Below are positions 32,499-43,180 of a stretch of 64,000 nucleotides of DNA, piece by piece. Source of the stretch: Escherichia phage vB_EcoM_G4498; sequence record NC_054918.1, one strand, 5' to 3'. The translations under genes and the position numbers were made by a program. The number at the start of each line of letters is the position of its first letter. Within the stretch, counting starts at the first letter, position 1. A model generated the notes under the pieces. That model did not search any database. It was not told the DNA's origin and saw only the letters and a program-made list of their open reading frames with translations.

Positions 32499-32864
32499 TT
32501 AAATATCAAATTCGTTAAGAACTACATCAAAGATTGCTTCAAGATGCTCAGGTTTAGCTCTGTTACTCAGAATATGACGAATCCAAGTTTTAACCAAAAG
32601 CTTGCGATTAACGCCATTCCAGCAAGGATGAGTCCCTAAATCGCGTTCACGGAAATCATCATCCAGAGCGATTTTAAAGTTGGAACCTTCCATCGTGATT
32701 GAAACCGTGATACCGTTTTCAAATCGCATATAAACGTAATTAGGAGTCATATACTGCTCAATTTCGCATACTGATCCATTTTGATGTTTCCAAAGGCAAA
32801 TAGTATCAATAGAACCTGCACTACCATTAGAAACATATTTACGTTCAAAGTTGATGTAGTTCAT
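32499..32864 (-). CDS. hypothetical protein
   Basis: Track ORF starts TTG at 32876; ATG at 32864 preceded by GGAGAATAAA; ~121 aa. Confidence 0.6.
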   Translation of the reverse strand: MNYINFERKYVSNGSAGSIDTICLWKHQNGSVCEIEQYMTPNYVYMRFENGITVSITMEGSNFKIALDDDFRERDLGTHPCWNGVNRKLLVKTWIRHILSNRAKPEHLEAIFDVVLNEFDI

Positions 32865-32931
32865 TTTATTCTCCAAGATGTTTAATTGCGGTACAGGTAT
32901 ATAATATCATATCCTGTACCAAAGTAAACAA

Positions 32932-33264
32932 TTATTTTACTACTTTCCAATGCTGCATGTCAAGTTTACCAACTTTTTTCATCTTCTCAATTAAGCGTTC
33001 GGCACGTTGGCGAGCTGTAACATAATACCATTCACCTAATTCATTTTGTTCAATTTTTCCAACGATTACTGTATTCAATTCATAAATCCAACCAGTAAAG
33101 AAATTATGAACTTGAATTGTAAAGGTGAAATCTGTTCCCATACCTTCTGTTGTTTCTACTTCAATAATATCACCTTCAACTGCCGTTAAGAACCACATAG
33201 TTTCATCATATTTACCATTGAAGCATTTAGTTTTAACTGCAGCGTTCAGATTAATCGTTTTCAT
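32932..33264 (-). CDS. hypothetical protein
   Basis: 110 aa, ATG with AAGGAGAATAAA upstream and early-type promoter further upstream. Confidence 0.6.
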   Translation of the reverse strand: MKTINLNAAVKTKCFNGKYDETMWFLTAVEGDIIEVETTEGMGTDFTFTIQVHNFFTGWIYELNTVIVGKIEQNELGEWYYVTARQRAERLIEKMKKVGKLDMQHWKVVK

Positions 33265-33284
33265 TTTATTCTCCTTTGTTTGTG

Positions 33285-33321
33285 TAAGATAATACTATCA
33301 CAAAGGAACCATACTGTAAAC
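33285..33321 (-). promoter_or_regulatory. early-type promoter (GTTTAC ... TAGTAT) upstream of the 110-aa ORF
   Basis: Minus strand GTTTACAGTATGGTTCCTTTGTGATAGTATTATC. Confidence 0.4.
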
Positions 33322-33350
33322 AACTTTATGCAATCTTTGGAAAATAAAAA

Positions 33351-33368
33351 GGACTCCCGAAGGAGTCC
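33351..33368 (-). terminator. rho-independent terminator after the small basic protein gene
   Basis: Minus strand GGACTCCTTCGGGAGTCC then TTTTTATTTTCC. Confidence 0.55.
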
Positions 33369-33373
33369 TCAAC

Positions 33374-33592
33374 TTATGCTTTCTGCTTACCAAAACGAGA
33401 AGCATCATCTCGAAGAACCGCACGTGCTCGGCGCATGATCTTCTCAACAGTTTGATTGATACGAGAGTTCGACCCACGCTTGTAGCCAGCGCGTTTAGAA
33501 TCACCAACTTTCTTTTCAACTGCTTTCTTTGCTTTAGCTTGTTTTGCCATTATAAATTCTCTTTTAAATGAAAATGCAGGACTTATTGGCAT
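33374..33592 (-). CDS. small lysine/arginine-rich basic protein
   Basis: 72 aa (or 58 aa from internal MAKQAKAKK at 33550); followed by hairpin plus T-run terminator. Confidence 0.55.
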   Translation of the reverse strand: MPISPAFSFKREFIMAKQAKAKKAVEKKVGDSKRAGYKRGSNSRINQTVEKIMRRARAVLRDDASRFGKQKA

Positions 33593-33948
33593 TGCCTGCG
33601 CAAGCCCTCAAGGGGAACATAGGTTTTTTGATATTTAACGACCAGGATAACCATAAACCCGTCATCATACCTTATAGCTCTTATCTGTTGCACACCGTTA
33701 GCTTAAAGGTTCCGGGTTCGATTTCTCGAGGATAAGATATATACTGATGGATATATAGGCCTTGAGGCGTACTCCCGATTGGCCATCACCTCGGGGTAGC
33801 ATGCACTTGCCGCTATAAGAATAACATTCAAGAGGTACACCGTAAAACTGCCGGGGTCTTAAAACTATAATGATTCGCAAATCATTAATCAGACAGTTCG
33901 ACGGCTCCTCGTTTTAACTTCACACTAAGGCAGTGAATCTCCAATAAA

Positions 33949-34197
33949 TTACTTCAGTGTTACCACAAAGTGACGAACTGCTTTTCGTGCAGCAGAAGCC
34001 AGAGGCTTAGCATATTTAAGTTCATCTTTTTCCTGAAGCTCAGCAGCTAATGCAGTTTGAGCAGGATTCAGATGTTTGAAATAACGCAGGATTTCAAGAG
34101 CTTCGGCTTCAACATCAATAGATGCGCCATAGTTTTCGTGACCATTATTCCATGCGTTTCGTTGCAGTTCAAGAGCGTGTTGTAATTGTTTAATCAT
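33949..34197 (-). CDS. rIII: lysis inhibition accessory protein rIII
   Basis: 82 aa, MIKQLQHALELQRNAWNNGHENYG..., same length and position as T4 rIII. Confidence 0.85.
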   Translation of the reverse strand: MIKQLQHALELQRNAWNNGHENYGASIDVEAEALEILRYFKHLNPAQTALAAELQEKDELKYAKPLASAARKAVRHFVVTLK

Positions 34198-34344
34198 TTA
34201 AAAATTCTCGTTAGAGATTAAAACTCGGTAGTCACGTTCTTCTGAATTTCATCTTCTTTCGACAGATCTCTCAGTTGTAGACTACCACATAGAATTGTTC
34301 GGTTAACTTATTATTCCGACACCAAATTCATATTATTATTTATA

Positions 34345-34680
34345 TCACTTATAAAGACACGGAATAGCTTTATAGTGACAGGTAACGAATTTTTGTTTAA
34401 TTTCTTTTGGCTGCTTAAGACCCAGAGCTACAAAAGGGTGTGGAACGTTTCGAATTTGACCAACTGGAAGAGAAGTCAAATCACCAACTTCACAGAAACC
34501 TTCAGGAACATCAGGACCGACAGAGTGAACTACACACAGTTCAGGAACTTCACCTTGAACACGTTTACCGATAATAAGTCCTGATTCTGTAACTTCTTCA
34601 TCACCGGCTTGTGCAGGTTCAGAAACTAAAATAACATATTCACCGACAGCACGAATTGGTAGCTGTTGTACTTCAGACAT
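34345..34680 (-). CDS. 31: head assembly co-chaperonin (GroES analogue)
   Basis: 111 aa, [22 protein letters not shown]..., same length as T4 gp31. Confidence 0.92.
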
Positions 34681-34704
34681 CGTTTTTCCTTTTTGTTAAC
34701 AGAT

Positions 34705-34738
34705 GAATTAATAATAACAAATAATTCTTAAAGCATTT
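34705..34738 (-). promoter_or_regulatory. middle (MotA-dependent) promoter for gene 31
   Basis: Minus strand MotA box AAATGCTTTA, 12 nt spacer, then TATTAT, ~30 nt upstream of gene 31 ATG. Confidence 0.45.
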
Positions 34739-35045
34739 ATTTACCAATAAATTGGAGCAAATGCTCAACTTTCATACCATTAACGGAAATCAATTTGTCA
34801 ATAGAAAAACCTCGCCATGCACCAAGTTCAACATCAAATACTGGAATCATATCAGTAGATTCTTTCCGAGTAGATTCAGTCAATTTACCAGTTTGCATGG
34901 TTGGCATAAAGTCAGCATCGCGAGTACCTTTCATAACACGAATAGTACCATCAGACTTTTCAAAAACTACGTTTGAAACACCCATGGACAATTTAGTTTT
35001 CAAAATTTCACGAATTGCTACTTTTTGTTCAGTCGTCAGTTTCAT
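34737..35045 (-). CDS. hypothetical protein (position of T4 31.1)
   Basis: 102 aa, ATG start. Confidence 0.6.
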   Translation of the reverse strand: MKLTTEQKVAIREILKTKLSMGVSNVVFEKSDGTIRVMKGTRDADFMPTMQTGKLTESTRKESTDMIPVFDVELGAWRGFSIDKLISVNGMKVEHLLQFIGK

Positions 35046-35282
35046 TTATTTACCTATTACAGTTTTAATATGAGTTGTTCCACGTTCTTTAAGAGTGGAA
35101 AGTAATTTTTGGCATTTTTCTAAATCAGATTTCCAACTATGTGGTCTATCAATACAAACCCAGTTTGACTTATAATACTGCTTCCATTTAGAGAAAAAAT
35201 ACTTCTTATACTCTACAGCAAATGAAATGTTCTCGTTGGAATAAGAACTAATTGCTGTGAGCTGTACCAAACGAAATTTCAT
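35046..35282 (-). CDS. hypothetical protein (position of T4 31.2)
   Basis: 78 aa, ATG start, abuts cd. Confidence 0.55.
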   Translation of the reverse strand: MKFRLVQLTAISSYSNENISFAVEYKKYFFSKWKQYYKSNWVCIDRPHSWKSDLEKCQKLLSTLKERGTTHIKTVIGK

Positions 35283-35863
35283 TATTCACCACAGAATTCG
35301 TTGATATTTTCCCAGTTTAACTTATTTAAGTTTTTCTTAGGAACATTAAACACTTCAATACCTGCATTTCGCAGAATATCATCCCAGCCAGGTTTATTTT
35401 TATCGTATGTTTCACAATAAACCAGCTTTTTAATTCCAGATTGAGCTATTGCTTTTGCACAATCTGGGCAAGGAGAAAGTGTTACATACATAGTAGCACC
35501 TTCAATTGAAGAACCGTTTCGTGCAGCAAACAAAATCGCATTTAGTTCAGCATGAATTTCATTTTTAGACGACCATTCAGAGTGCGCGCTACGATGTTCT
35601 TTCGCCAATACAAAACGATCAGTTGAACCAAACGATACACATTCAGGCTTATGACCTTGAATGATAGTATGTTTAGGCTTATTCAGCAACCAACCTTGCT
35701 CAGCAGCATAATCACAGCAGTTCACACCACCTGCAGGTGAACCATTATATCCAGTAGAAATAATACGTCCATTCTTTTCAATTACTGCTCCTACTTTCCA
35801 GGAGCAACATTTTGATTCTTGTGATACTAAATATGCAATTTGAAGTACTGTACTCGCTTTCAT
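35282..35863 (-). CDS. cd: dCMP deaminase
   Basis: 193 aa; cytidine/deoxycytidylate deaminase zinc motifs HAELNAI ... PCPDCAKAI. Confidence 0.93.
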   Translation of the reverse strand: MKASTVLQIAYLVSQESKCCSWKVGAVIEKNGRIISTGYNGSPAGGVNCCDYAAEQGWLLNKPKHTIIQGHKPECVSFGSTDRFVLAKEHRSAHSEWSSKNEIHAELNAILFAARNGSSIEGATMYVTLSPCPDCAKAIAQSGIKKLVYCETYDKNKPGWDDILRNAGIEVFNVPKKNLNKLNWENINEFCGE

Positions 35864-36198
35864 TTCATAATCACCAGATAAGCAGATTTAGCAGTTTCAA
35901 CACGATAAATTTCGTGACGAAGTTTAGTTATACTTTTAATAACAGAACTAATTATATTCTGCCCATCTTTAAAGCGGTTTTTCTTATCAATAAAAATTGC
36001 ACCAGCCATCTTTTTGTGAAGCTCAACTGGATACTTCGTCACAATAATAGCATCATACACAGAAGGATGAATACTATTCACTAGAGTATCGTTCATTAAA
36101 GTTATTCTAATGAACTGTGCTGTTTCAGAGTCAAGCGCTCTATGATCGCCAGTATCATTTTCAAGACAATTATCAATTATATCAGTTAAATTCATCAT
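35860..36198 (-). CDS. hypothetical protein
   Basis: 112 aa, ATG start overlapping neighbour stop. Confidence 0.55.
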   Translation of the reverse strand: MMNLTDIIDNCLENDTGDHRALDSETAQFIRITLMNDTLVNSIHPSVYDAIIVTKYPVELHKKMAGAIFIDKKNRFKDGQNIISSVIKSITKLRHEIYRVETAKSAYLVIMK

Positions 36199-36431
36199 AG
36201 TACGCCATACACCCTTTGTGCTTCAACTAATCCATCAAAATCCAATTTGAGATGTGTTATTTGGTCACCATCACCTGGATTCACAATTACTAATACCGAA
36301 CGAGGAGTTTCGGTAATAACACGAACCGACGTTTCAGGAAATCGTTCAGAAACCTTATTTACCAATTCTTGAGCAAATAGTTTAACTTTTTCTTGGAATT
36401 CTTTAACAGTAATTGGTTTTTCGCTTAGCAT
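36195..36431 (-). CDS. hypothetical protein
   Basis: 78 aa, ATG start. Confidence 0.55.
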   Translation of the reverse strand: MLSEKPITVKEFQEKVKLFAQELVNKVSERFPETSVRVITETPRSVLVIVNPGDGDQITHLKLDFDGLVEAQRVYGVL

Positions 36432-36952
36432 GTTGATCCTAGCTCCTTACTTTCAACATTTTTAACTAATTTGACAGAAACTAATTCAGCATCTTGGGTA
36501 ATCATTACCGGACCTTCTTCATGCTCTTCAAGATATTCTAGAGCTTTCTTTTTAGCTTCTTCCTTCGTATCAGTTTGAGCATAGATATAGAACATACAAC
36601 CAGTAATACCTACTACTTTCCACTTAATTTCTTTATCAGTTTTAATTTCAAATTTACTTACAGAATCATCTTTTTGAACTTCTTCGAAAAAAGAATATTC
36701 TAACATATAAGCAATTGAAAATAACGGGCTAACTTTATAGGATTCACCCATTACATCAACAGCTTTATACCAACAATCATCAATTTCACGTTTAATGCTA
36801 ATAACATTTTTCGCAGGATCTATTTTTACTTTAAATGAATTTTCCCCAATAAACTGGGCAATTCGTTTATTGGCCCCGCAAGTTTCATTAAAAATATCTT
36901 TATATCCAGCTTTAAAGCGATAAACCTTATCTTCTTCAAACCATTCGCTCAT
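36425..36952 (-). CDS. hypothetical protein
   Basis: 175 aa, ATG start, early-type promoter (GTTTAC...TATTAT) upstream at ~36965-37005. Confidence 0.6.
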   Translation of the reverse strand: MSEWFEEDKVYRFKAGYKDIFNETCGANKRIAQFIGENSFKVKIDPAKNVISIKREIDDCWYKAVDVMGESYKVSPLFSIAYMLEYSFFEEVQKDDSVSKFEIKTDKEIKWKVVGITGCMFYIYAQTDTKEEAKKKALEYLEEHEEGPVMITQDAELVSVKLVKNVESKELGSTC

Positions 36953-37014
36953 TTCAATTTCCTCATTTGTTTTGGTAGAGCTATAATATCACAACTCTAC
37001 CGTAAAGTAAACTA

Positions 37015-37290
37015 TTAAATTGCTTTGAATTCTGATGTCTGTGATTCAAAGCGAATGTCGCCTTTGATAACTAGCTCAGCATCAAGACCAAATACAACAA
37101 TGATATGCGCGGAACCTGGATACAACGTAATGGCAATAGAATCCACCTGGTCTGGAAGCAAAGCGTTCAATACATGAGTCACTTGAGCGTGGATTCGAAG
37201 TTCAGCTGCATTATCAAGCTTTTCAAACATGTTATTAGCGATAATTTGGCTAAACACTACTTCTACGATTTTAGAGTAAGTCGGAAACAT
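37015..37290 (-). CDS. hypothetical protein
   Basis: Track ORF starts TTG at 37320; ATG at 37290 with GAGGT 4 nt upstream gives ~91 aa. Confidence 0.5.
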   Translation of the reverse strand: MFPTYSKIVEVVFSQIIANNMFEKLDNAAELRIHAQVTHVLNALLPDQVDSIAITLYPGSAHIIVVFGLDAELVIKGDIRFESQTSEFKAI

Positions 37291-37292
37291 AT

Positions 37293-37493
37293 TTACCTCA
37301 CATAATTTTCTTCGAGCCAATCAATAACATCCAAAGCGTTATCAAAAGTTGCGCCATCTACTTTGTCTTCTGTTTCATAATCAAGAACATCTAGGCCTAC
37401 TCTTCCGTCAACAATAGGCCATAGACAAAATAGATATTTCTTTTCTTTTTCAATTTTATCACAAAGACGATAAATCTTTTCTAGGTTATTCAT
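37293..37493 (-). CDS. hypothetical protein
   Basis: 66 aa, ATG start. Confidence 0.5.
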   Translation of the reverse strand: MNNLEKIYRLCDKIEKEKKYLFCLWPIVDGRVGLDVLDYETEDKVDGATFDNALDVIDWLEENYVR

Positions 37494-37681
37494 ACGTTTT
37501 CCATGGTAAAGGCAGTTTAGTTTTCTTTACTACTAGTTCAACATCAGGATTCTTTTCTCTTAATTTAAGGCATTCCTCCCATGCTCTATTTTCACTAGTA
37601 AATACACAAAATTGCCCATTACTAGTACCAACTAAACCGCTATTTACAATAACAAAGCCCAAGTTTCATGGTGCCAAGCCA

Positions 37682-38900
<1,219 letters not shown>

Positions 38901-38904
<4 letters not shown>

Positions 38905-39131
38905 TTATTTTTCTCAACTAATGATTGAATATAATCATGCAAGTCTTTAGATGCTTTACCCCACTTATTTTGATATTCATTTTTGAGATTAGCACGTGAT
39001 TGAGCTAATAAAACATCATTAGTTGGAGGTAAAGATTCTAACCGCTGAATCTGGCGTCCATAAATCATTGCAGCCATCTCGGATTCATAAATCAATCCTT
39101 TGAGATGTTCAAATTGATGCCATGAAATCAT
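38901..39131 (-). CDS. hypothetical protein
   Basis: 76 aa, ATG start. Confidence 0.5.
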
Positions 39132-39427
39132 TTACATTTATCCTCTTTTAACTCTTGACGATAATAACATATCATAGTTTTTTGGTCATGTACATATCGT
39201 TTTACATCATTAAGCCAAATACGAAATTCCTGGGAATCTTCAAATGGCATACCGACCCAAGCTTTACCATCAATAACTTTAACTTGCCAAGATAGTTTAG
39301 CTTCATCATATGACTTTATCTGTACAGGCCAATTAGGATGAACTGTTTCTTTCTTTACTTCTAGAGGCTTTGTCGAACAACCAGCTAGAAGACCGATAGA
39401 TAATATTACTGCTGATAGTCTAATCAT
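39128..39427 (-). CDS. outer-membrane lipoprotein, o-spanin (Rz1 equivalent; T4 pseT.2 position)
   Basis: 99 aa; signal peptide with lipobox LLAG-C; C-terminal cysteines; directly downstream of and overlapping the i-spanin-like gene. Confidence 0.7.
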   Translation of the reverse strand: MIRLSAVILSIGLLAGCSTKPLEVKKETVHPNWPVQIKSYDEAKLSWQVKVIDGKAWVGMPFEDSQEFRIWLNDVKRYVHDQKTMICYYRQELKEDKCK

Positions 39428-39777
39428 TTAGAAAGGTCCTGGATGTCTTCTGCGAACTTGTTGAAGGAGTTGTTGATTTGTTTTTCAACCAATCCTGGCT
39501 TACGAGCCACCACATCCGCCTTCTTTGCATCTTTGCGCAGTTTTTCATTTTCACGCTCAATAGCAGCAATCGCCTCACGATTTTTATTATTCATCGCATC
39601 AATATAATTATACTGAATTCGCAAATTATTTAATGCTAAGGCGTTTTCATTGGCTGTTTTTGTAATTTCAGTAACTGATGTTTCTAATCTTTCTACCTTA
39701 TTTTTTAAAATAATAGATGTTCCGCCAAATGCTATTACAAGTAATAGCAATCCAGCTGTAAAATTACTTAATTGCAT
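39424..39777 (-). CDS. inner-membrane spanin subunit, i-spanin (Rz equivalent; T4 pseT.3 position)
   Basis: 117 aa; N-terminal TM helix LLLLVIAFGGTSIIL then coiled-coil-like periplasmic domain. Confidence 0.7.
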   Translation of the reverse strand: MQLSNFTAGLLLLVIAFGGTSIILKNKVERLETSVTEITKTANENALALNNLRIQYNYIDAMNNKNREAIAAIERENEKLRKDAKKADVVARKPGLVEKQINNSFNKFAEDIQDLSK

Positions 39778-40271
39778 AAAGTTTTAATAACCTCTATAAT
39801 ATCGTCTTGAGAAAGACCGTTAATTAAAATATGATGTTCAGCCGGAGATTTAGAAATTTTAAAGCATGCCTCAACATCTTCTGCCATATCCGATGCGCTA
39901 CGGTTTGGATTACTAATTCCAAGACGATGTTTTCCCGTTAAAGGATTAACGATGATATAGCATTTACAGTTGTTAATATGAACATTAGGTTGAGTCTGAT
40001 TAATGAACACATCGCAATCATATTTCGCAAGCTGATTTTCTAAAAAGACTTTCATCTCTTCAACCGCATCAGGAAGCATATCACGGGCTTGCTCAAGACG
40101 ACGATTTCGATATTCTTTAATGGTCGTTTTCCGCTTGACTTGCTTAGCTAAATCTTTCTTAAGATCGGTGATATATCCAACTCGACGGTTTCCTTTAAAT
40201 ACAGAAATCCCATCTGTAGTATCACCGTATGCTTCAACGACCATTTCAGTAGTAATGAGCTGCAAATCCAT
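39768..40271 (-). CDS. alc: Alc, inhibitor of host transcription on cytosine-containing DNA
   Basis: 167 aa from second ATG; position between spanins and rnlA as in T4. Confidence 0.8.
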   Translation of the reverse strand: MDLQLITTEMVVEAYGDTTDGISVFKGNRRVGYITDLKKDLAKQVKRKTTIKEYRNRRLEQARDMLPDAVEEMKVFLENQLAKYDCDVFINQTQPNVHINNCKCYIIVNPLTGKHRLGISNPNRSASDMAEDVEACFKISKSPAEHHILINGLSQDDIIEVIKTLCN

Positions 40272-40279
40272 CATAAAGT

Positions 40280-40332
40280 CCTCATGTTATGTCAGTAAGA
40301 CTACTGTAACACAACACGAGGGACTTGTAAAC
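40280..40332 (-). promoter_or_regulatory. early promoter plus 5' leader cassette, copy B (upstream of alc)
   Basis: 52 of 53 nt identical to copy A. Confidence 0.6.
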
Positions 40333-40335
40333 AGC

Positions 40336-41923
<1,588 letters not shown>

Positions 41924-41950
41924 AATAAAATGGGCCTTGCGGCCCACTCC

Positions 41951-43129
41951 TTAAAAGTATTTTTTAAAACTCATCATAACTTTATCATCAACATCATTAT
42001 CAATCTGTGCAACAAGATAAGATGACAGTTCTACTTCTTGTGGCGCTGATTGAACATTATCAGAATTAAGATATTCACGAATCCAAGGATATGGATGTTT
42101 AACCGGAGCATCGGTAATTGGGCATGGAAGACCGCACTGTTTCATACGAGATACAGTTAAGTAATCAATAAAGCTCCACATGCTATTTGTATTTAATCCA
42201 GGAACATCGCCATCTTTAAATAAATGAACTGCCCAATCTTTTTCTTGGCGGTTAACTTCCATGAAAATATCAACTGCTTCTTGTTCACACTCTTGAGCAA
42301 TTTTAACCCATTGATCGCCATCAGTACCAGATTGAAGTTGACGAATAATATATTGTGTACCTTTAAGATGAAGCTGCTCATCACGTGCAATGAACTTCAT
42401 AATCTTGGCATTACCTTCCATGATTTCCATGTTTTTATGGAAGTTAAAGGTACACGCAAAGGATACATAAAAACGAATAGCTTCTAATGCATTAATAACG
42501 TGCAAACAGAGGTAAAGAGATTTCATTAGCTCACGCTTCCAATATGTCTCATGCTCAATAGCATCTTCAATAACGTCTTCGTCTGCATTAATTTCTTTTT
42601 GGTATTCGATATCAGCTTTAGCGTTTTCCCAATAACGAGTTTTAATCAGAACATCATCATAATAACGTCCAATGGATTCAGCACGTTTCATAATAGCTTC
42701 ATCTAATACAATTTCATCAAATACCTTCGATGGATCAGTATAAAGATTTCGCATGATATGAGTATATGAACGACTGTGAATAGTTTCACTAAAAGTCCAT
42801 GTAGCAACCCATGTATCAAGGCTTGGGTCTGAAATTAATGACATAAGTACAGCAGATGGCGCGCGACCCTGAATGCTATCTAAAAGTGATTGATACTTCA
42901 AGTTGTTAGTAAAAATATTTTGCTGATACTGAGGAAGCTTATTAAACTGTGCAGCATCCATCATCAAGTTTACTTCTTCAGGACGCCAGAAAAATGATAA
43001 TTGCTTTTCGGTTAAATCTTCAAAAACTTTATGACGTTGAATATCATAACGCGCAATACCAAGACCTGAACCAAAAAACATAGGTTCTTTTAAAACATCA
43101 ACTGGATTTGTATTAAAAACTGTGCTCAT
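41951..43129 (-). CDS. nrdB: ribonucleotide reductase small subunit (uninterrupted)
   Basis: 392 aa continuous ORF; class I R2 ferritin-like fold with iron-ligand motifs; no intron. Confidence 0.93.
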   Translation of the reverse strand: MSTVFNTNPVDVLKEPMFFGSGLGIARYDIQRHKVFEDLTEKQLSFFWRPEEVNLMMDAAQFNKLPQYQQNIFTNNLKYQSLLDSIQGRAPSAVLMSLISDPSLDTWVATWTFSETIHSRSYTHIMRNLYTDPSKVFDEIVLDEAIMKRAESIGRYYDDVLIKTRYWENAKADIEYQKEINADEDVIEDAIEHETYWKRELMKSLYLCLHVINALEAIRFYVSFACTFNFHKNMEIMEGNAKIMKFIARDEQLHLKGTQYIIRQLQSGTDGDQWVKIAQECEQEAVDIFMEVNRQEKDWAVHLFKDGDVPGLNTNSMWSFIDYLTVSRMKQCGLPCPITDAPVKHPYPWIREYLNSDNVQSAPQEVELSSYLVAQIDNDVDDKVMMSFKKYF

Positions 43130-43180
43130 AAATTTTCCGCTTAGTTAATAGTTGGTGACTCGTCCGTGAGTCAAATTATA

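Noticed and set aside
33705-33725. tRNA-like T-loop motif GGTTCGATT
   Set aside because: Flanking sequence does not form a T-stem, and no acceptor/anticodon cloverleaf could be built by eye; needs tRNAscan to exclude fully
33698-33880. 60-codon minus-strand frame in the rIII-upstream non-coding island
   Set aside because: Starts on TTG with no Shine-Dalgarno and no ATG until codon ~26; kept only as evidence for a possible gene remnant
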